Shown: piece after piece, positions 59,683-64,000 of the stretch | Layout of the letters: each line of letters opens with the position of its first letter | Numbering within the stretch: position 1 is the stretch's first letter | Assembly: GCA_001599295.1 (NCBI GenBank) | Contig: BCGN01000001.1 | Location: 1,736,001 to 1,800,000 of the forward strand | Source of the DNA: Sporopachydermia quercuum | Taxonomy: Eukaryota | Length of the DNA: 64,000 nucleotides | Direction of reading: 5' to 3' | Program-made: the position numbers and the translations under genes | The notes under the pieces: model-generated | The model's database searches: none | The model's input: only the letters and a program-made list of their open reading frames with translations | What the model was told of the DNA's origin: nothing

Positions 59683-60840
59683 TTAGATTTGTAGATTTGA
59701 AGCCTGTTTTTGCAGCTTAGCTTCTTCGGCTTCAACAACTGGTTCAAAATAAGCATGGTTCATTGCTTCGGCCGCTGTCAATCTCTCTTGATGATCATAC
59801 TTCAAAACACGATTAACTAAATCTATAGCCTCACCTGAACATATGCTTCTGTTTTCGTCATTGATAAATCTCGACCAAGCCTTTTTAGAGTAAACACCAA
59901 GTTCGTCATACTCAGGCCCGAGTGCAATAGTATACTTATCAAGATATTCAAAAAAGTCATCTGTACCCAGAACTCGCACTATTTTTACTAGTTGATCGGT
60001 ATTTGAATTACCATGGAAAAACGGTTCCCGTTTAAATATAATTGAGGCAAACATTGCTCCAAATGACCAAAGGTCCAATGAATAATCATATTGTCTAAAA
60101 TCAACTAATAACTCAGGTCCTTTGAAATAACGTGAGGCAACTCTCACATTATATTCCATTCCTCGATGATAAAATTCAGCCAAACCCCAGTCTATCAGAC
60201 GCAGTTTACGATTAGCATGATCAATCATAACGTTGTGAGGCTTAACATCCCGATGCATTATCCCCATTGAATGTGCATAGTCCAAAGCTTTCAATAATTC
60301 ATACATATAGTATCTCACATCAAAATCAGTAAACTTTGCATAAAGGCTTCTAAAATCTTGATTATCAACATATTCAAATACAAATGCCGGCATTTTGCTC
60401 TAATAGATGCCTGTTAGTCTTTACTCTTGCTTGCGACCTCGTCAAAACAAAGGATATCCAACAATCAATTAAATTTAACATACTTGAGGGTCTCTTACCA
60501 CGTCTAATAATGTGATGATATTAGGTCCACCATCAATGTTTTGCAAAATCTTGATCTCTCTTTTTATTTTCTTTCGTTTAACAGGTTTTAACACTTTTAT
60601 TATTACTTTCCTATTACTCGAATCTTTCGAATCTTTATCTATCGGTATGCGTAAATCAATACCTTCAAACACTTCAGAATACTTCCCGCGTCCCACTTTT
60701 CTAGTGATTTCATAGAAATCTGGCTTTCCCCATACTATTGATACATTATCATAATCCCAGTACGATGCTGGCATATTTTCATTCACTTCAGCATACACTC
60801 TTGAATAAGAACGCAGTTCAGGGTGAGTATCATCTTCCAT
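59683..60840 (-). CDS. CKA1: Casein kinase II catalytic alpha subunit; exons 60840-60484, 60399-59683
   Basis: [79 protein letters not shown] (Cka1-like). 84-nt intron GTATGT...GACTAAC...TAG. Confidence 0.93.
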
Positions 60841-61962
60841 AGTCACTTACTTTTGATTGCTCCAATTATTTGTAACCATATGACTACAACTTCAGTCCCC
60901 AATGAACAGAAACCCAAGTCCTAAAGCATATGCTCACTACTTGAATTCTGTTGTATTTCTGGTCTTTTAATAGAGCTCCCATTGTATCATTTAAATCGTA
61001 TTATTTAATGAGACTTTGAACGTTGTTTTGTTGTGCTCTTTTACGGGACGGGATTTGCTTTCGTTGAGGGAGAAGAAATACTACATGTGATAGAATTACC
61101 TAATACAGTACTCTAGCAAGAACAAGAATGCATGATTTATTTAAGCCGGTGGTGAAGAATCAATAAAACTAGCACCTTACCTTGCAGACGTTTTTTTTTT
61201 GAAGAGAATAGAGAAGAAAGGCGATTTGATAATGAATAACAGCACTGGCAAGNAGTAAAGAGACTGAAGTTGATGGGAATTAGTAAATCAAAACAATGGC
61301 ACATCTTGTCTCCTTTCTAATGAGCAGCTGTTTGTTCAGTTGATCTGCAATTATGGCGTATTAACTTGATGGAAATGCAAAACTCATGCAGGAGAAGTTT
61401 AAGTTTGAAACTTTAGATTTGGTTTAGCACAATCGTAAAATAGATCCATTAAAAGCTTTTTACTGGAAAGCGAAAAGTTTGAGAGATTAGTGCATAAATA
61501 GAGATATATTAGTTACAATAGAAGCTTATTGAATCATAAGTGCAAGGTACTCAGGATAGCTTGCGCACCACTATCAACTCATTCACCTCTCCTCTACAAC
61601 CATGTATTGCAGATCACATAATCATTTCAACTGTTTCAGTGTTACCCGGCCAACAGATAATCTTTATGGCAATACCTGTTTTGAGACAGGAAAATTTTAC
61701 TCAGAAATACTTCAGTTTTTATCGTACTTGACTGACGGCAACAACAATACACTACTTTCCATAGTTTATGAAGATATGTTCGGAATACTTTCACAATTGT
61801 CATTCAGACTAACTCTTTATCGGTATAGTGAAGCATTAATTTCACTATTTTTATGCATATCCGGTTCTCAATTTCAAAGTGGGTGTTTGAGAATCTGTAT
61901 AAGAAGTAACATAATTCTAATCGAAACATAGCAAATTGAAATATCGACAGTGATTGATAAAA

Positions 61963-63336
61963 ATGGAGTTCGATGCAACAAGTGTACAAGGTAAAGAGCT
62001 AGAAAGCAGATTAGCTAGTCAAATAGAACAGCACGGACTCTCTAGTGATTCGGCATTTATAGCAGAATATGTTACAGTATTGTTAGCTAATCAAAGACCT
62101 AAAGAAGAGATCGTATCGGAGTTGACGGGGTTGGTTGGTGATGGAACTGCAAGTACTATAGCTGATTTCGCTGTAGCAGAGTTGAGTAATGTTCAACATG
62201 GCACTTCTAACTCGCAAATCCAGAACGATTCATCTACCGCCAAAAGTGCCAATGAGAATGAAAATACAGGTCTTGTTTATGGTGTTCCAGCAAAGGCTTT
62301 AGATGAAATAATTGCAGAAACTAGCGTCAGATCTAATAGCAAATTCAATAATAATTATGGAACTTCTAGAGGTGGAATTTCAAAAAATCGGAAAGGAGGA
62401 AATCAAACCATTAATAGAAATAAAGCTATGGTTGCTGGAATGTTCGATAATGCTAATTCTGGAAGTTTTGGTAGTAACAACGATAACAGTAGCAATACTA
62501 CTGTCGTGAAAGTTAGAGAACGATGTCGGCATTGGCCAGGATGTAACTATCCCAATTGCAAATTTATACATCCTACAAAACGTTGCCACGCATACCCAAA
62601 TTGTACCCGACTTAATGGTACTTGCACATTTTTGCATCCTGAGGATGATCTCATCCTTTCGCAATATCAACTGAACATGATGAATAATATGATGAGTAAT
62701 CAGTTTCAACAAGCTAATAATTACAATAACTCATATAGTAACAAGGATTACAAGAACAATTCTAATAACCATCACAATAACAATAGCAGCAATAGTAACA
62801 GCAATTATTTAAACCATCAAAATCAAACTGCTCAACATGAAGAATCAAAACTCAATAGATGCAAGTTTGCCAATAAATGTGCCAACTCCATATGTACAGC
62901 TTTACATCCATCACCAGAAGCTGAAGATGGCTTTGAAATAACTGACAGTACATGGTGCCCGCAAGGTATCAAGTGTACCAATAAAACCTGTCGTATGAGT
63001 CATCCTTCACCTAGTATTATCAGGAAAATTATCCCTAAATCTCAAGAAAAAGTCTTAGAGCAGTGCAGATTTTTGGCTAACTGTACTAATCCTGTGTGTC
63101 GATATAGACATCCTAGATCAACTGTTCTGTGCAGAGATGGTTCAAATTGTCAAAGAATTGACTGTTTGTTTTCTCATCCATTCCCTACTGAATGCAAATT
63201 CAGAGCTAATTGCAGAAATACTTATTGTCTGTATGAACACCCACCGGAGCGTGAGACTTTAATAGAAAAAAATAGCGCAAATTGGGTCAAACAGGATANT
63301 CAAGCTGCTATGCAAACTGATACTCCAGTCGCATGA
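61963..63336 (+). CDS. NAB2: Nuclear poly(A) RNA-binding protein Nab2
   Basis: PWI-like N-terminus (FIAEYVTVLLAN), RGG segment, seven CCCH fingers. First ATG at 61963; one N at 63299. Confidence 0.9.
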   Translation: MEFDATSVQGKELESRLASQIEQHGLSSDSAFIAEYVTVLLANQRPKEEIVSELTGLVGDGTASTIADFAVAELSNVQHGTSNSQIQNDSSTAKSANENENTGLVYGVPAKALDEIIAETSVRSNSKFNNNYGTSRGGISKNRKGGNQTINRNKAMVAGMFDNANSGSFGSNNDNSSNTTVVKVRERCRHWPGCNYPNCKFIHPTKRCHAYPNCTRLNGTCTFLHPEDDLILSQYQLNMMNNMMSNQFQQANNYNNSYSNKDYKNNSNNHHNNNSSNSNSNYLNHQNQTAQHEESKLNRCKFANKCANSICTALHPSPEAEDGFEITDSTWCPQGIKCTNKTCRMSHPSPSIIRKIIPKSQEKVLEQCRFLANCTNPVCRYRHPRSTVLCRDGSNCQRIDCLFSHPFPTECKFRANCRNTYCLYEHPPERETLIEKNSANWVKQDXQAAMQTDTPVA

Positions 63337-63712
63337 AAGTATTTTCAATGTTCGATGTTTAACATGTGCTGTATTATATAAACCTATATACTGTATTTAT
63401 GCATTATTGATCTCAATCAAATTATTAAAGTTGACGAGAAACACAATTGATGAAACCACGTCAGTATTAAACTCTTTATTGCTAATTATTCAGACTTATC
63501 AAAGTCAGTACAAAGTAACTACACAGGTTCATTATTGAATACTGGACATTCAGCTGTCTTTATTTATTCTAATCAAACCTATAAACATGCAATCACATTC
63601 CAATGAATTGTCTTTTATTATTTTTTGCTTCAAAGTTTGGTAACAGAACCTAATTGTTAACCTATCCTACAATAATTCACCCTAGCCATAAATCATGAAC
63701 TCATATTTTCAA

Positions 63713-64000
63713 TTAATTCTGAGAAACAGCAGTAGCTGTATTTACACGCAGATGCTGTAAATACTTTTCAGCAGCGCGCTCTGCTTCCGTTCTTTCAGCA
63801 TCGCTCAGCCTTCTTTTCAGTAGACTTATTGTGCTATTCGATAGGCGTCTAAAGGTACTTCGTTAGAAAAATCGTCAAAAGGTGAACTTATTATTGAACT
63901 TATTTTCTTAGCAATGAGTATCTGCATCCTCCTGCGATACCAGAATCCTTTGAAAAGTAATTAAACACTTACTTTGAATATTCTTCTTCAAGCTCATTTC
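63713..64000 (-). CDS. 3' end of an unidentified spliced gene (exons >64000-63973, 63848-63713)
   Basis: GTAAGT donor at 63972, TTCTAAC branch, TAG acceptor at 63849. Joined frame NELEEEYSKRLSNSTISLLKRRLSDAERTEAERAAEKYLQHLRVNTATAVSQN*. Confidence 0.6.

Noticed and set aside
1..64000. CRISPR arrays, rRNA, prokaryotic defence systems, intact transposons
   Set aside because: Eukaryotic spliced genes throughout; no repeat-spacer arrays, rRNA motifs or transposase/RT ORFs were seen.

Overview
AT-rich nuclear DNA from an intron-containing budding yeast (Saccharomycotina-like). CTG falls at conserved Leu positions, so the standard code applies. Scattered Ns suggest a heterozygous diploid consensus. 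Gene order: LSP1 (partial), spliced orphan ORF, CIT3/2-methylcitrate synthase, MYO2, SNC1/2, YEA4, ANY1-type PQ-loop protein, PET127, HapX/HAP43, ADE2, a 1653-aa Zn2Cys6 factor, OPY2, NOT3/5 (3 introns), SPO73/Mug65-like, a 7.4-kb ORF-free desert, CST6/ACA1 bZIP, a hidden 4-exon MEI4/Rec24 candidate, CKA1, NAB2, and the 3' end of an unknown spliced gene. Best leads: (1) the cryptic MEI4-like gene with a weak first intron; (2) a HapX 5' intron whose proximal 3' splice site gives an immediate stop; (3) a GC-rich CCGAG(A/T)CGG motif present three times upstream of methylcitrate synthase; (4) many genes whose S. cerevisiae homologues are centromere-linked, plus a gene desert (possible regional centromere); (5) a 5-N spacer inside a perfect 10-bp inverted repeat (possible heterozygous micro-inversion). 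No tRNA, rRNA, CRISPR or intact transposon was recognised. All homology calls come from recalled motifs, not searches.
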